A stretch of 64,000 nt of DNA. It comes from Vicinamibacteria bacterium (GTDB lineage: Bacteria; Acidobacteriota; Vicinamibacteria; Marinacidobacterales; Marinacidobacteraceae). The notes below the pieces were generated by a model, which saw only the letters and a program-made list of their open reading frames with translations, searched no databases and was not told the DNA's origin. Both the position numbers and the translations under genes were made by a program. This document shows positions 35,398 to 45,679 of the stretch, one piece after another; within the stretch, counting starts at the first letter, position 1; each line of letters begins with the position of its first letter. Where the stretch lies: positions 2,016,001 through 2,080,000 of the forward strand of contig OY729431.1 of assembly GCA_963422395.1 (NCBI GenBank), given 5' to 3'.

Positions 35398-35663
35398 TCT
35401 GGGCTTCAAGTGCGTCAGCATCCGGCCCCCGACATCCTCTCTCGTGGCAGTTGCCTTCCATGCACTTCGCGGGGTACGGGTCGCACCTGAGTGCAGAGGT
35501 GGAAAGCAGTCGGGAAGCGGGAAAAGCTGCATGACGCTTCAGGCGCCCACTGAGAGTGCAAGGACTCGGCAATACCCTCCACGCGGGTTCCCGATGCAGA
35601 AGGCCATGTTCGGAGAGCCTCCCTGAGGACAGATCCTGCGGGACTACTCAGAAACAAAAGAAA

Positions 35664-38450
35664 ATGACACCACTCATGATGCAAGTTGCCGTGGAACCGA
35701 AGGGTTTGAAAACCGGGACCGGATCCCCAAAGCAGAACGGGCACCCCCGGGGGCTCATATTCGCCCGCCGCTTCACGGAGCCCGGAGTTCCCCCTTGTGA
35801 CCAGGTGGACTGGGAGACCCGCGACGCGGAGATCACCGATGAGCACGGCGCCACGATCTTCGCCCAGCAGGGGGTGGATTTCCCGAAATCATGGTCCATC
35901 ACGGCCACCACCATCGTCGCGTCGAAGTACTTCCACGGATCCATCGAAAAAGGCGAGCGCGAGTCGAGCGTCCGGCAGCTGGTCGGACGCGTGGCGCGTC
36001 AGCTCACCGAATGGGGCATCGAGGACGGCTACTTCGCCGACCGAAACGCGGCAGACACCTTCCGCGACGAGCTCACCTTCCTGCTCGTCAACCAGCACGC
36101 GGCGTTCAACTCGCCGGTGTGGTTCAACTGCGGTATCGAAGCGCGCCCCCAATGCTCCGCCTGTTTCATCAACTCGGTCGAGGACACGATGGACTCCATC
36201 CTGACGCTCGCCAAGACCGAGGGGATGCTCTTCAAGTGGGGTTCGGGCACCGGGACGAACCTCTCCGGCATCCGCAGCTCGCGCGAAAAGCTGTCCGGCG
36301 GCGGCATGGCGTCCGGGCCCGTCTCCTTCATGAAGGGTTACGACTCCTTCGCCGGAGTGATCCGCAGCGGCGGAAAGACCCGCCGCGCCGCCAAGATGGT
36401 GATCCTGGATGTGGATCACCCTGACATCCTCGACTTCATCGACTGCAAGTCGCGCGAGGAACAGAAGGCCCGAACCCTCATCGAGGCCGGCTACGACAGT
36501 TCGCTGAACGGCGAGGCCTACGAGTCCATCCAGTATCAGAACGCGAACCACAGCGTCCGGGTCACCGACGATTTCATGCGTGCGGTGGAGAACGACGGTG
36601 AGTGGAGCACCCGGGCGGTGACCACCGGAGAAACGATGGACACGCTCCGCGCCCGGGACATCTTCCGCCGGATCGCGGAGTCGGCCCATCGCTGCGGCGA
36701 TCCGGGCATGCAGTTCGACGACACCATCAATCGCTGGCACACCTCGAAGAACACCGCCCGGATCAACGCCTCGAACCCGTGTTCCGAGTACATGTATCTC
36801 GACGACAGCGCCTGCAACCTGGCGTCGCTGAACCTGATGAAATTCCTCGACGAGGAAGGGGAATTCGACACCTCCGCCTTCGAGCACGCCGTGGATGTGG
36901 TGCTGACCGGCATGGAGATCATCGTCGGGAACGCCAGCTACCCCACCACCAGGATCGAACGCAACTCGCACGACTTCCGCCCCCTCGGGCTCGGCTTCGC
37001 CAATCTCGGGGCGCTGCTGATGCGGCGCGGCGTCCCCTACGACAGCGACCAGGGGCGCGCCATCGCCGGCTCGATCACCTCGCTGATGACGGGACGCGCC
37101 TACGCCCAGTCGGCGCGCATCGCCGAGACCGCCGGCCCGTTCCAGGGCTATGCCGAGAACGAGCGCCCGTTTCTCGAGGTGATGCGGATGCATCAGGAGG
37201 CCGCCGCCCGCATCGCTCCCGCAGGTGTTCCGGCTCCTCTCCACGACCGCAGCCGCGGGGTGTGGGCCGAAGCGCTCGCCCTCGGCCAGCAGCACGGCTT
37301 CCGCAACGGCCAGGTCTCGGCCCTCGCCCCCACCGGAACCATCGGCCTGATGATGGATTGCGACACCACCGGAGTGGAACCCGATCTGTCGCTGATCAAG
37401 CACAAGAAGCTGACCGGCGGCGGGGTCCTCCGGATCGTCAACCAGACCGTGGGCGCCGCCCTCCGCCGTCTCGGCTACGACGAGGCGGCGGTGCAGCGGA
37501 TCCAGGACTTCGTGGACGAACACGGCCGCATCGAAGGAGCGCCCGGCCTCCGGGACGAGCACCTCGCCGTGTTCGACTGCGCTCTAGAACCGCAGGGCGG
37601 AGGCCGCTCGATCCACTACATGGGTCATGTGAAGATGATGCAGACGGTGCAGCCCTTCCTTTCGGGAGCCATCTCCAAGACCGTGAACCTGCCCGAGGAG
37701 AGCACCGTCGAAGACTTCGAGAAGACCTATACCGCCGCCTGGAAACTGGGTCTCAAAGCAGTGGCCATCTATCGGGACGGAAGCAAGCTCGCCCAACCCC
37801 TGAACCGCGGCGGGCACGCCAGAGTGGAACCCTCGGCGGAGAAGGAGCACCTTCCCGCCGAGCGCGACGCGATCATCCACAAGTTCGAAATCGCCGGACA
37901 CAAGGGCTACCTCACGGTCGGCCTCCGCCCGGACGGATCGCCGTGCGAAATCTTCCTCCGAATGGCCAAGGAGGGCTCGTTCGTTTCCGGTTTGATGGAC
38001 GCCTTCGCCCGAGCGGTCTCCTACAACTTGCAGTACGGAGTGCCGCTCGAGGTCCTGGTGGACAAGTTCTCCCACACCCGTTTCGAACCCTCGGGTTTCA
38101 CCGGGAATCCGAACATCCCTCACGCGGACTCGATCACCGATTACATCTTCCGCTGGCTGAGCCACCGCTTTCTCGGAAAATCCGGCGAGGGGAGCTCTTC
38201 CGCCGAAGCAGGAGCCCCTTCCGACGGAGGCGAAGCTCCCATTTCGCCGCGCTTCCCGCCTGCCTCCGGCGGTGCTGCGAACGGCCTCGCCCCAACGCAG
38301 CCCTTCGGGCCTCGCCGACTTCGGGCGGTGCTGAAACCGCCCCAGGTCTTCGCCGGCGGACCGCCCTGCTCCACTTGCGGAGCACTGATGGTCCCGAGCG
38401 GCACCTGTTTCAAGTGCCTCAACTGCGGCACTACCTCGGGCTGCTCCTGA
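35664..38450 (+). CDS. nrdJ: Class II (adenosylcobalamin-dependent) ribonucleotide reductase with TSCPD domain and C-terminal zinc ribbon
   Basis: FNSPVWFN, QCSACFI, RSGGKTRRAAKM, SNPCSEY, APTGTIG, GAISKTVN, YRDGSK, CSTCG..CFKCLNCG; start at 35664 or 35676. Confidence 0.95.
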   Translation: MTPLMMQVAVEPKGLKTGTGSPKQNGHPRGLIFARRFTEPGVPPCDQVDWETRDAEITDEHGATIFAQQGVDFPKSWSITATTIVASKYFHGSIEKGERESSVRQLVGRVARQLTEWGIEDGYFADRNAADTFRDELTFLLVNQHAAFNSPVWFNCGIEARPQCSACFINSVEDTMDSILTLAKTEGMLFKWGSGTGTNLSGIRSSREKLSGGGMASGPVSFMKGYDSFAGVIRSGGKTRRAAKMVILDVDHPDILDFIDCKSREEQKARTLIEAGYDSSLNGEAYESIQYQNANHSVRVTDDFMRAVENDGEWSTRAVTTGETMDTLRARDIFRRIAESAHRCGDPGMQFDDTINRWHTSKNTARINASNPCSEYMYLDDSACNLASLNLMKFLDEEGEFDTSAFEHAVDVVLTGMEIIVGNASYPTTRIERNSHDFRPLGLGFANLGALLMRRGVPYDSDQGRAIAGSITSLMTGRAYAQSARIAETAGPFQGYAENERPFLEVMRMHQEAAARIAPAGVPAPLHDRSRGVWAEALALGQQHGFRNGQVSALAPTGTIGLMMDCDTTGVEPDLSLIKHKKLTGGGVLRIVNQTVGAALRRLGYDEAAVQRIQDFVDEHGRIEGAPGLRDEHLAVFDCALEPQGGGRSIHYMGHVKMMQTVQPFLSGAISKTVNLPEESTVEDFEKTYTAAWKLGLKAVAIYRDGSKLAQPLNRGGHARVEPSAEKEHLPAERDAIIHKFEIAGHKGYLTVGLRPDGSPCEIFLRMAKEGSFVSGLMDAFARAVSYNLQYGVPLEVLVDKFSHTRFEPSGFTGNPNIPHADSITDYIFRWLSHRFLGKSGEGSSSAEAGAPSDGGEAPISPRFPPASGGAANGLAPTQPFGPRRLRAVLKPPQVFAGGPPCSTCGALMVPSGTCFKCLNCGTTSGCS

Positions 38451-38460
38451 GCAGGGCGCG

Positions 38461-39770
38461 CTACCCCGATTCCGCCAGAGTCCCCACGGCGAGGCCGGGA
38501 GGCTCTTCGGCCACCGAGGTGATCCGGACGGGTCGGATTCGGTTCTCGAGCGGTTCGGCGGAAACCACTCCCACCCGCAAGTAGGAATCGGTCAGGCCGG
38601 TCCACCGTCCGCAGCGGTCCTGCTGCTCGAACAGCACCTCGACCGTCCGTCCGAGATGGCGGCGGGCGAATTCCGCGCGCCGTCCATCCGAGAGCGCTCG
38701 CAGCGTCCGGCTGCGCTCGGCGATCACTTCGGGGGCGAGATGCGCGGAAAGGCTGGCCGCCCGGGTTCCGGCCCGGGACGAGTAGCTGAACACATGGTAG
38801 TACGCGAAGGGCATGGCTTCGAGGACGGCGCAGGTGCGCCGGAAGGCGTCCTCGGTCTCCCCCGGAAAGCCGACGATCACATCGGTTCCGAGTCCCAGGT
38901 CCGGAACCCGGGCAACCGTCCGATCCACGAACTCCCGGTATTCACGCGCGGTGTAGCGCCTTCCCATCCGTTCGAGGACCGCGTCGTCGCCGCTCTGGAT
39001 CGGAAGATGCAGATAGCGGCACAGCCCTCCTTCTCCGCCGCCGCCCATCCGCTCGACCAGCCGCTCCTCGACCGTGGTGGGTTCGATCGAGGTGATCCGG
39101 ATCCGCCGCACACCGGGAATACCTTCGAGAGCGAGTACGGCATCGGCCAGCGTGCGGCCGCCGCTCTGATACCGCCCGATGTTGACTCCGGTGAGCACGA
39201 GTTCCCGATAGCCGGCGTCCGCGAGCTCGCGCGCCTCTCGCAAGAGATCGTCGAAACGCCGGCTCCGCTCCCGGCCCCGCGTGTAGGGAATGATGCAGAA
39301 CGAACAGAAGAAATCGCAGCCGTCCTGGACCTTCAGGTTCGCGCGCGTCGCGTCGTAACGACCGGTCGCGGGAACCTCGAACTCGATCCTAGAAATCCGG
39401 GCCGAGTGCAGGACCACGGGCTCGGGCAGCTTGCGGGGGCGGTCGAGATAGTCGGGGAAGGTGTCCTTGAACTCCGTTCCACGATCATGTCCACCCCGGG
39501 GATCTCCGAAAGCGCATCCAGCCCCGACTGGGCGTAGCAGCCGGCTACCACCACGAACGCCTCCGGCGAATGGCGAAGCGCCCGTCGGACCGTGTTCCGG
39601 CAGTGCGCCTCGGCGCGGTGGGTCACCGAGCAGGTGTTGATGACCGCGACATCGGTCGGCTGCCCCCAGTCTACGATCGTGTAGCCTTTGCCGGCGAACT
39701 GGCCCGCCCAGTTCGCCGACTCCGTGTGGTTGAGGCGACAGCCCAACGAGGTGAACGATGCCCGTGGCAC
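38461..39770 (-). pseudogene. mtaB: tRNA ms2t6A methylthiotransferase MtaB, split by a 1-nt frameshift near 39480 (pseudogene or sequencing error)
   Basis: N-terminal UPF0004 part (SLGCRLNHTES, INTCSVT, VAGCYAQ) is in one frame. The radical SAM part (LKVQDGCDFFCSFCIIPYTRGRERSR, DVIVGFPGET, YSSRAGT) and the TRAM part are in another. Confidence 0.85.
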
Positions 39771-39884
39771 GCGCGGGAGTTTAATCAGCCGCCGGGCGGC
39801 GGGAACTGAGCGAAACCGCGCGGAGCCCTCGAAAGTTCTGGAGCTCGCTCCATCGCAGCCGCCGGCTGCGGCACGGTAGCCGTC

Positions 39885-41672
39885 ATGGGGACTCTCGGTC
39901 TCGCCGCGGTGGCGCTGGTCCCGATCGCCGTCGTGGCGCTGTTCCTGGTGGGGCTGCGCTGGCCGGCGTCGCGGGCCATGCCCCTCAGCTGGGTCGCCGC
40001 TGCCGCTCTCGCCTGGGCGGTATGGGGCGTCTCCGCCACCCGGATCGCCGCGGCCTCGATCAACGGCCTGGTCGTCGCCGCGACCCTGCTCTACATCATC
40101 TTCGGAGCCCTGCTCCTCCTGCACACCCTGCAAGAGAGCGGAGCGATCGCGGTGATCCGCCGGGGCTTCGTCGGTATCACTCCCGACCGCCGCATCCAGG
40201 TGATCCTGATCGCCTGGCTCTTCGGCTCCTTCATCGAAGGGTCCGCCGGGTTCGGGACCCCGGCGGCGGTCACCGTTCCGCTCCTGGTGGGCCTCGGGTT
40301 CCCGCCGCTTTCGGCGGTGGTCGCCGGGATGCTCATCCAGAGCACCCCGGTTTCTTTCGGCGCCGCCGGCACCCCGATCCTGGTCGGGGTCTCGACCGGA
40401 CTCTCGGGTTCTCCCGAGGTCGCCGCCTACGCGGCCTCCCTCGGCTTCACCGAATGGACCGAGTTCCTGGCTTTCCTCGGATTTCGGGTCGCGATCCTGC
40501 ACACCGCCGCAGGGACCCTCGTCCCCCTCCTGGTGGTGGCCACCATGACCCGTTTCTTCGGGGCACGGCGCAGCTTCGCCGAAGGCCTCGCGGTCTGGCG
40601 GTTCGCCCTCTTCGCAGCCGTCGCGATGACGGCTCCCTACCTGCTGACCGCGTGGCTCCTCGGCCCCGAGTTCCCGGCACTGATCGGCGGGATCGCCGGT
40701 CTCGGCATCGTGGTCTTCGCCGCCCGCCGGGGCCTCTTCGTTCCCCCCGCGGACCAGCGATTCGATTTCCCGCCGCGCTCCGGCTGGGAGCCGGACTGGG
40801 CTGCGGACCGGGCGGGCGGACTCTCCGAAGCGGAGGCTCCGCGCCGGATCCCGACGGTCTCCGCGTGGGCCCCCTATGCGGTGGTCGGCGGGCTGCTGGT
40901 CCTCACTCGGCTCCCTTCCCTACCGTTCAAGGATGCGCTGGCCGGATTCGTGATCCGCTGGCCCGACATCCTCGGAAGCGGCATCACCGCGAGCGCCGCG
41001 CCGTTCTTCCTGCCCGGCACGGTCTTCATCGCTGCCTCGCTGTTCGCCGCAGTGCTCCACCGGATGGGCCGCGGACAGATCCAGCGCGCCTTCTCCTCGT
41101 CGCTCCGCAGCACCAGCCTCGCCTCGGTAGCGCTGGTCTTCACCGTACCCATGGTGCAGGTGTTCCTGAACACGGGCGCGGGAGGCGCCGGGCTCCCTTC
41201 GATGCCGATCGCCCTCGCTGAGGGTGCGGCGCAGCTCGCCGGCTCGGCGTGGCCGTTCTTCGCCCCCTTCATCGGCGGTCTCGGAGCGTTCGTCGCCGGC
41301 AGCAACACGGTGAGCAACATGATGTTCTCGCTGTTCCAGTTCGGCGTCGGCGAGCGGCTCAGCGTGGACCCCGGCTGGATCGTGGCGCTCCAAGCAGTCG
41401 GCGGAGCCGCGGGCAACATGATCTGCGTCCACAATGTGGTCGCTGCCTCCGCGGTGGTCGGACTGATCGGCAGGGAGGGCGCGGTGATTCGGCGCACCCT
41501 GGTTCCCTTCGTTTATTACGCGCTGCTCCCGGGCGCGCTGGGCTATGCGATCCTGTGGTCCGGAACCCTCGGCCCGGTGAATGCGGGGACCCTCGCCGCC
41601 GCCGCGATCGCCGCCCTCGCCACCCTCTGGATCCTCCGCGGCAGCCGGAAGGCGGCTCGGCGAACGGCTTAG
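39885..41672 (+). CDS. L-lactate permease (LctP family)
   Basis: [55 protein letters not shown]. Confidence 0.92.
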   Translation: MGTLGLAAVALVPIAVVALFLVGLRWPASRAMPLSWVAAAALAWAVWGVSATRIAAASINGLVVAATLLYIIFGALLLLHTLQESGAIAVIRRGFVGITPDRRIQVILIAWLFGSFIEGSAGFGTPAAVTVPLLVGLGFPPLSAVVAGMLIQSTPVSFGAAGTPILVGVSTGLSGSPEVAAYAASLGFTEWTEFLAFLGFRVAILHTAAGTLVPLLVVATMTRFFGARRSFAEGLAVWRFALFAAVAMTAPYLLTAWLLGPEFPALIGGIAGLGIVVFAARRGLFVPPADQRFDFPPRSGWEPDWAADRAGGLSEAEAPRRIPTVSAWAPYAVVGGLLVLTRLPSLPFKDALAGFVIRWPDILGSGITASAAPFFLPGTVFIAASLFAAVLHRMGRGQIQRAFSSSLRSTSLASVALVFTVPMVQVFLNTGAGGAGLPSMPIALAEGAAQLAGSAWPFFAPFIGGLGAFVAGSNTVSNMMFSLFQFGVGERLSVDPGWIVALQAVGGAAGNMICVHNVVAASAVVGLIGREGAVIRRTLVPFVYYALLPGALGYAILWSGTLGPVNAGTLAAAAIAALATLWILRGSRKAARRTA

Positions 41673-41682
41673 AATCCGTCTC

Positions 41683-41985
41683 GTGAACCCGGAGCTGATC
41701 GCTATCCTCGGTGTCGGAGTCAGCCTCGCCGCGATCGTCGTCAGCGGCCAACGCTCCCTGCGCACCGAGCTTCGCAGCGGACTCGCCGAAGCCTCCGCCG
41801 AACGGCGTGCGATCCGCACCGAGCTTCGCAGCGGACTCGCCGAAGCCTCCGCCGAACGGCGCGCGATCCGCACCGACCTCCACGCGCTCGCCGAGCGGGT
41901 GGCCCGCCTCGAAGGGGCCTTCCCGTTCCTCGCCGCCCGACTCCCGGCGCCCGCGGCGCAGCCGGACGGCGACCTGACCGCATAG
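41683..41985 (+). CDS. Small protein with N-terminal TM helix and repeat coiled coil
   Basis: GTG start; ELIAILGVGVSLAAIVV; duplicated RTELRSGLAEASAERRAI; ERVARLEG. Confidence 0.7.
   Translation: MNPELIAILGVGVSLAAIVVSGQRSLRTELRSGLAEASAERRAIRTELRSGLAEASAERRAIRTDLHALAERVARLEGAFPFLAARLPAPAAQPDGDLTA
41761..41876 (+). repeat. 54-bp tandem duplication (2 copies plus a partial)
   Basis: 41761-41814 and 41815-41868 differ at one base; CGCACCGA begins a third unit. Confidence 0.95.
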
Positions 41986-42058
41986 GCAGACTGCATAGCG
42001 CCTCTCGCCGCCGGCTGACATCGATCCGCCCGAGGAGGGCGAAATCAAGGGCGAAAAG

Positions 42059-44227
42059 TCAGGAAGGAGGAAGCAGCGAGACCCCGTCCATCGCTTCGGG
42101 AACGGGCACTCCGAGGAGATCGAGGACGGTCGGGGCGATATCGCGGAGCGCCGCCGGCCCCCGCAGCGGGAGATTCGAGAGGAGGACCCCGGCGGTTTCC
42201 TCCATGGAGCAGTGATCTCCGCTCCAGTTGTCGAGGTTGTCGGTGATCGACTCTCCCACGATGCCGCCGAGAGTGCTCTGCCAGCCGATCCGGTAGCCGG
42301 GTTCGAGGCCGAGGATCAGGTCGGGCGCTTCCCCAACGAAGGGCCCCTCGTAGATATCCTCGCGCCGGTGGACCGAGCGGACCACCCGCGCTCCGGTCTC
42401 TGGATCGCGGAAGGCCAGCAGGTCCGCGGCGAGCTCTTCGGCGAGACGGACCCGCTCCTCCCCGGCTGCGACGATCCCCTGGGGCTCCCGACCACGCTGG
42501 TTCAGATAGATCCCGGAGAGGCCGAGGGCGAATGCCCTCGAGCGACTCCAGTCCACCCCGGGAAAGAAGAGCGATTCCGGATCGAAGAGATCTTCGAGCC
42601 GGCGGCGGTCCGCATTCCCCACCGCCCGCAGGTAGCCGTTCTCGGCGAGCCAGGTATTCACCTGGAACTGTTTGCGGAACGAATGGAATCCGTGATCGGA
42701 GACCACCAGGAATCGGGTGTCGGGCGGCGCTGCCGCGACCGCGGCCCCTACGATGCGGTCCAGGTCGCGGTAAGCCTCGGCGATCCCCCCGCCGTAGCGC
42801 GCAGCGAGTGCCGGATCGTGGTTCGGGTGCTCCGGATCGGCGAAGCGGTAGAGCATGTGCTGGATGCGGTCGGGGAAGAGGAAGACCGACACCAGCAGGC
42901 GCCAGGAGTCCTCGGAAAGCGCCTCCAGCAGCAGCCGTTCGTTCGATTCCCGGGCGAACCGGACATCTTCGAGGAAGGCGTCGAAGTCCACCGCCTCGTC
43001 GCGCAGCGGGTTCGTGATGATCTTCCAGCCGATGGTCTCGTAGGGTCCGACGCGCGCCGCGAGTTCGCCGGCGAAACCCCGGGGCCAGGACAGCTCCACC
43101 AGGAAAGGCAGCCGTTCGGGGTCGAAGTTCACCGGCTCCATGTACACCGAAACATTGGGATCGAGCGAGAGCACGCGGAACCGCACCAGTCCGGAGAGCC
43201 CGAGGAGCGGGTTCAGCGGGAACCGCACCGGGACGAAGTCCGACCATTCTCCGTCTCCGACCTCGATCTCGGTTCCGGGCACCCCGATGGCGAGCCGGTT
43301 CCCGGCCCGGCGGAAGACGATGGGAATCTCCACTTCCGGCTGCTCCGCTCCAGAGGCGGCCTCGGTGAAGTTTCGCGGCCCGCGGATCACACTTTCGGCC
43401 CGTTCGCTTCCGGCGGCTCCCTCGAAGCGGAGGGGGTAGCGGGTCCCTCCGGTCTCGGTGGACTCCTCCTCGATCAGGTCGGAGGTGTACACCGACCAGA
43501 GGCCGAACGACTTGCGGGCGTCCGGAACCCCGAATCCGGCGAGGATGCGAGCTCCGGGCGACTCCTCGACCGGAAACTCCATCGGTGCCTGGAGAGCGAT
43601 GGTGGGAACCCCCGCCCCCCCGGCGATCTTCCAGAACGATTCCCCGGCCCGCGCGCGGACCGCCTGCGGCACCGCTGGCGGAATCCAGCTGGCGATCACG
43701 CCGAGGCCTCCCCCGGCGATTCCGGCGGCGACCGCCGGGACGGCCCACCGCAGCCAGCGGCGGGTGGTGAACCGGCGTACCGAAAAGCCGCCGGCTGCCG
43801 CGGCAGCGAGCGCGAGCAGCGAGACGAGCCCGATCCGGGCCGCCCCTCCCGGAAGCGCGCGTGATCCTTCGCGGACGAGCGCGATGCGCGGGACATAGGA
43901 ATCGGGGCGCTTTTCCAGAAAGTCGAAGATTCGGGTCCGGCCCGGATTCTTCCCGGTGGCGAAGGTGGCCCAAGCGACCGGAGACTCCGAAGGCTTCGTG
44001 GTTTCGAGCGGCGCGAGGGTCCCTCGCGCCGCCAGCCGGGCCAACTGCGGCAGTTCCCCGGCCTCGATCATCGCGGCGATGGTGTCCGGATCGGCGCCGT
44101 CGAACCCGAGCACCACCAGCCGCTCCGCCGCCTCCTTTTCCTGCTCGCCGCGCGCTACGCCGACCGATCCGGCCCCAAGCGCGAGGCCGGCGAGCAACAC
44201 GACCCGTACCGGAAGGGAGAAGGACAT
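42059..44227 (-). CDS. Alkaline phosphatase superfamily (nucleotide pyrophosphatase/phosphodiesterase-like) protein
   Basis: VLGFDGAD, PSESPVAWATFATGKNPG, PDRIQH, VSDHGF, WSGDH, DIAPTVL; signal peptide. Confidence 0.85.
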   Translation of the reverse strand: MSFSLPVRVVLLAGLALGAGSVGVARGEQEKEAAERLVVLGFDGADPDTIAAMIEAGELPQLARLAARGTLAPLETTKPSESPVAWATFATGKNPGRTRIFDFLEKRPDSYVPRIALVREGSRALPGGAARIGLVSLLALAAAAAGGFSVRRFTTRRWLRWAVPAVAAGIAGGGLGVIASWIPPAVPQAVRARAGESFWKIAGGAGVPTIALQAPMEFPVEESPGARILAGFGVPDARKSFGLWSVYTSDLIEEESTETGGTRYPLRFEGAAGSERAESVIRGPRNFTEAASGAEQPEVEIPIVFRRAGNRLAIGVPGTEIEVGDGEWSDFVPVRFPLNPLLGLSGLVRFRVLSLDPNVSVYMEPVNFDPERLPFLVELSWPRGFAGELAARVGPYETIGWKIITNPLRDEAVDFDAFLEDVRFARESNERLLLEALSEDSWRLLVSVFLFPDRIQHMLYRFADPEHPNHDPALAARYGGGIAEAYRDLDRIVGAAVAAAPPDTRFLVVSDHGFHSFRKQFQVNTWLAENGYLRAVGNADRRRLEDLFDPESLFFPGVDWSRSRAFALGLSGIYLNQRGREPQGIVAAGEERVRLAEELAADLLAFRDPETGARVVRSVHRREDIYEGPFVGEAPDLILGLEPGYRIGWQSTLGGIVGESITDNLDNWSGDHCSMEETAGVLLSNLPLRGPAALRDIAPTVLDLLGVPVPEAMDGVSLLPPS

Positions 44228-44274
44228 AAGGCGCGCGCAGAGTACCGCGCCTTCGGTCGGGTAGCATTGGGCCG

Positions 44275-45657
44275 GTGATGCCGAAAGCACTTCGGAAACG
44301 ATTTCCGCCGCCCTCGCTCGTTCTCCCGCTGCTCCTCGTCGGGCTCCCGGCTTCGGCGCAGGAGCCGGCGCCCGCGCCGGAGTTCGAGATCCTTCCCGAG
44401 TTCCAGGCCGAGCTCGCGGAGATCAGCGCAGATCCCCGGGTCGCCGCCGCGCTCGACGAGGTGCTCGCCTTGGAGGACGAGAACGAGCGCCTGCTGATCG
44501 AGCTGACCGAGATTCCGGCTCCCCCCTTCATGGAGGAGGCCCGCGCCGCCCGCTACGCCGAGCTGGTCGGCGAAGCCGGACTCGATGCCGAAATCGACGA
44601 AATCGGGAATGTCATCGCCCGGCGCGCGGGGCGCAGCGGAGCCCGCACGGTGGCGGTGGTGGCGCACCTGGACACGGTGTTCCCCGAGGGGACCGATGTG
44701 ACGGTCCGGCGAGACGGCGACAAGCTGATGGCTCCCGGAATCGCGGACGACACCCGCGGCCTGGTCACTCTGCTGACGATCATCCGGCTGCTCGACCGGC
44801 ACCGACTCGAAACCGCCGACGATGTGCTGTTCGTCGGCTCGGTCGGCGAAGAGGGGATCGGGGACCTGCGGGGGGTGAAGCATCTCTTTCGCGACGGGGG
44901 CCCGGAGATCCACGCCTTCATCGCCATCGACGGCACCAGCAACACCCGGGTGTTGAACCACGCCATCGGCTCCCACCGCTACCGGGTGCGCTTCCTCGGT
45001 CCCGGCGGGCACTCCTGGGGAGCTTTCGGCCTCGGCAATCCGGCCCACGCGATGGCGCGGGCGATCGCGCTCTTCGACGACCGCGCCGGTGAATATGTGA
45101 CCTCCGGCGCCAAGACCACCTACAACATCGGGAGGATCGGCGGCGGAACCTCGATCAACTCGATCCCTTTCGAGAACTGGATGGAGGTGGACATGCGCTC
45201 GATGGAGCCGGCGCGGCTCGAGGAGATCGATGCGATCTTCCAGGAAGCGATGGCGGAGGCGCTGGCGGAACAGAACGACCTGCGCCGCGACGGCGAGGAG
45301 TTGACGGTAGAGATCGAGAAGATCGGAGACCGCCCGTCGGGCAAGGTGGCCGTTGCGACCCCGCTCATCCAGCGGGCGCTCGCCGCCACCCGCGCAGTCG
45401 GCGCCGAGCCCGAACTGAGCATGGGCTCCACCGACTCCAATGTACCCATCGCCCGCGGCATTCCGGCGACCACCATCGGCAGCGGGGGCGAAGGCTTCGG
45501 CGCCCATTCGCTCCACGAGTGGTGGGCGAACCGGGACGGACACCTGGGGATCCAGAAGGCGCTGCTGCTGGTGCTGGCCGAGGCCGGATTCCCGACCGGA
45601 TCCGAACCCGGATTCGAGGCCCGGCCCGAAGCGGGCAGCGAGACCGAAAGGCGCTGA
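44275..45657 (+). CDS. Exported M20/M25/M40 family metallohydrolase
   Basis: Signal peptide; AHLDTVFP, PGIADDTRG, VGEEGIGDLRG, GGHSWGAFG, STDSN, AHSLHEW. Confidence 0.9.
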   Translation: MMPKALRKRFPPPSLVLPLLLVGLPASAQEPAPAPEFEILPEFQAELAEISADPRVAAALDEVLALEDENERLLIELTEIPAPPFMEEARAARYAELVGEAGLDAEIDEIGNVIARRAGRSGARTVAVVAHLDTVFPEGTDVTVRRDGDKLMAPGIADDTRGLVTLLTIIRLLDRHRLETADDVLFVGSVGEEGIGDLRGVKHLFRDGGPEIHAFIAIDGTSNTRVLNHAIGSHRYRVRFLGPGGHSWGAFGLGNPAHAMARAIALFDDRAGEYVTSGAKTTYNIGRIGGGTSINSIPFENWMEVDMRSMEPARLEEIDAIFQEAMAEALAEQNDLRRDGEELTVEIEKIGDRPSGKVAVATPLIQRALAATRAVGAEPELSMGSTDSNVPIARGIPATTIGSGGEGFGAHSLHEWWANRDGHLGIQKALLLVLAEAGFPTGSEPGFEARPEAGSETERR

Positions 45658-45679
45658 TCCCCCTCCCCTCCCCAGAAAA

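Noticed and set aside
33775-35572. Alternative-frame repeat proteins (PEAGPAAP, QKPAQQHL, LLGRLLEV, CCWAGFWR, GPASGGAA)
   Set aside because: By-products of a stop-free tandem repeat; only the Ser/Arg frame is continuous with the FecR/DUF6600 gene
35400-35663. Cobalamin riboswitch upstream of nrdJ
   Set aside because: Only fragments (GGGAAG, GCCCACTG) occur, in the wrong order and without the rest of the consensus; such switches usually control B12-independent RNRs
16676-36711. Avoidance of GCATGC as support for SphI-like specificity
   Set aside because: GCATGC occurs several times (e.g. near 16676, 16970, 23553, 32049, 36706); depletion cannot be claimed without a count against expectation
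39470-39490. Programmed ribosomal frameshift in mtaB
   Set aside because: No X-XXY-YYZ slippery heptamer at the junction, and I know of no precedent in this family
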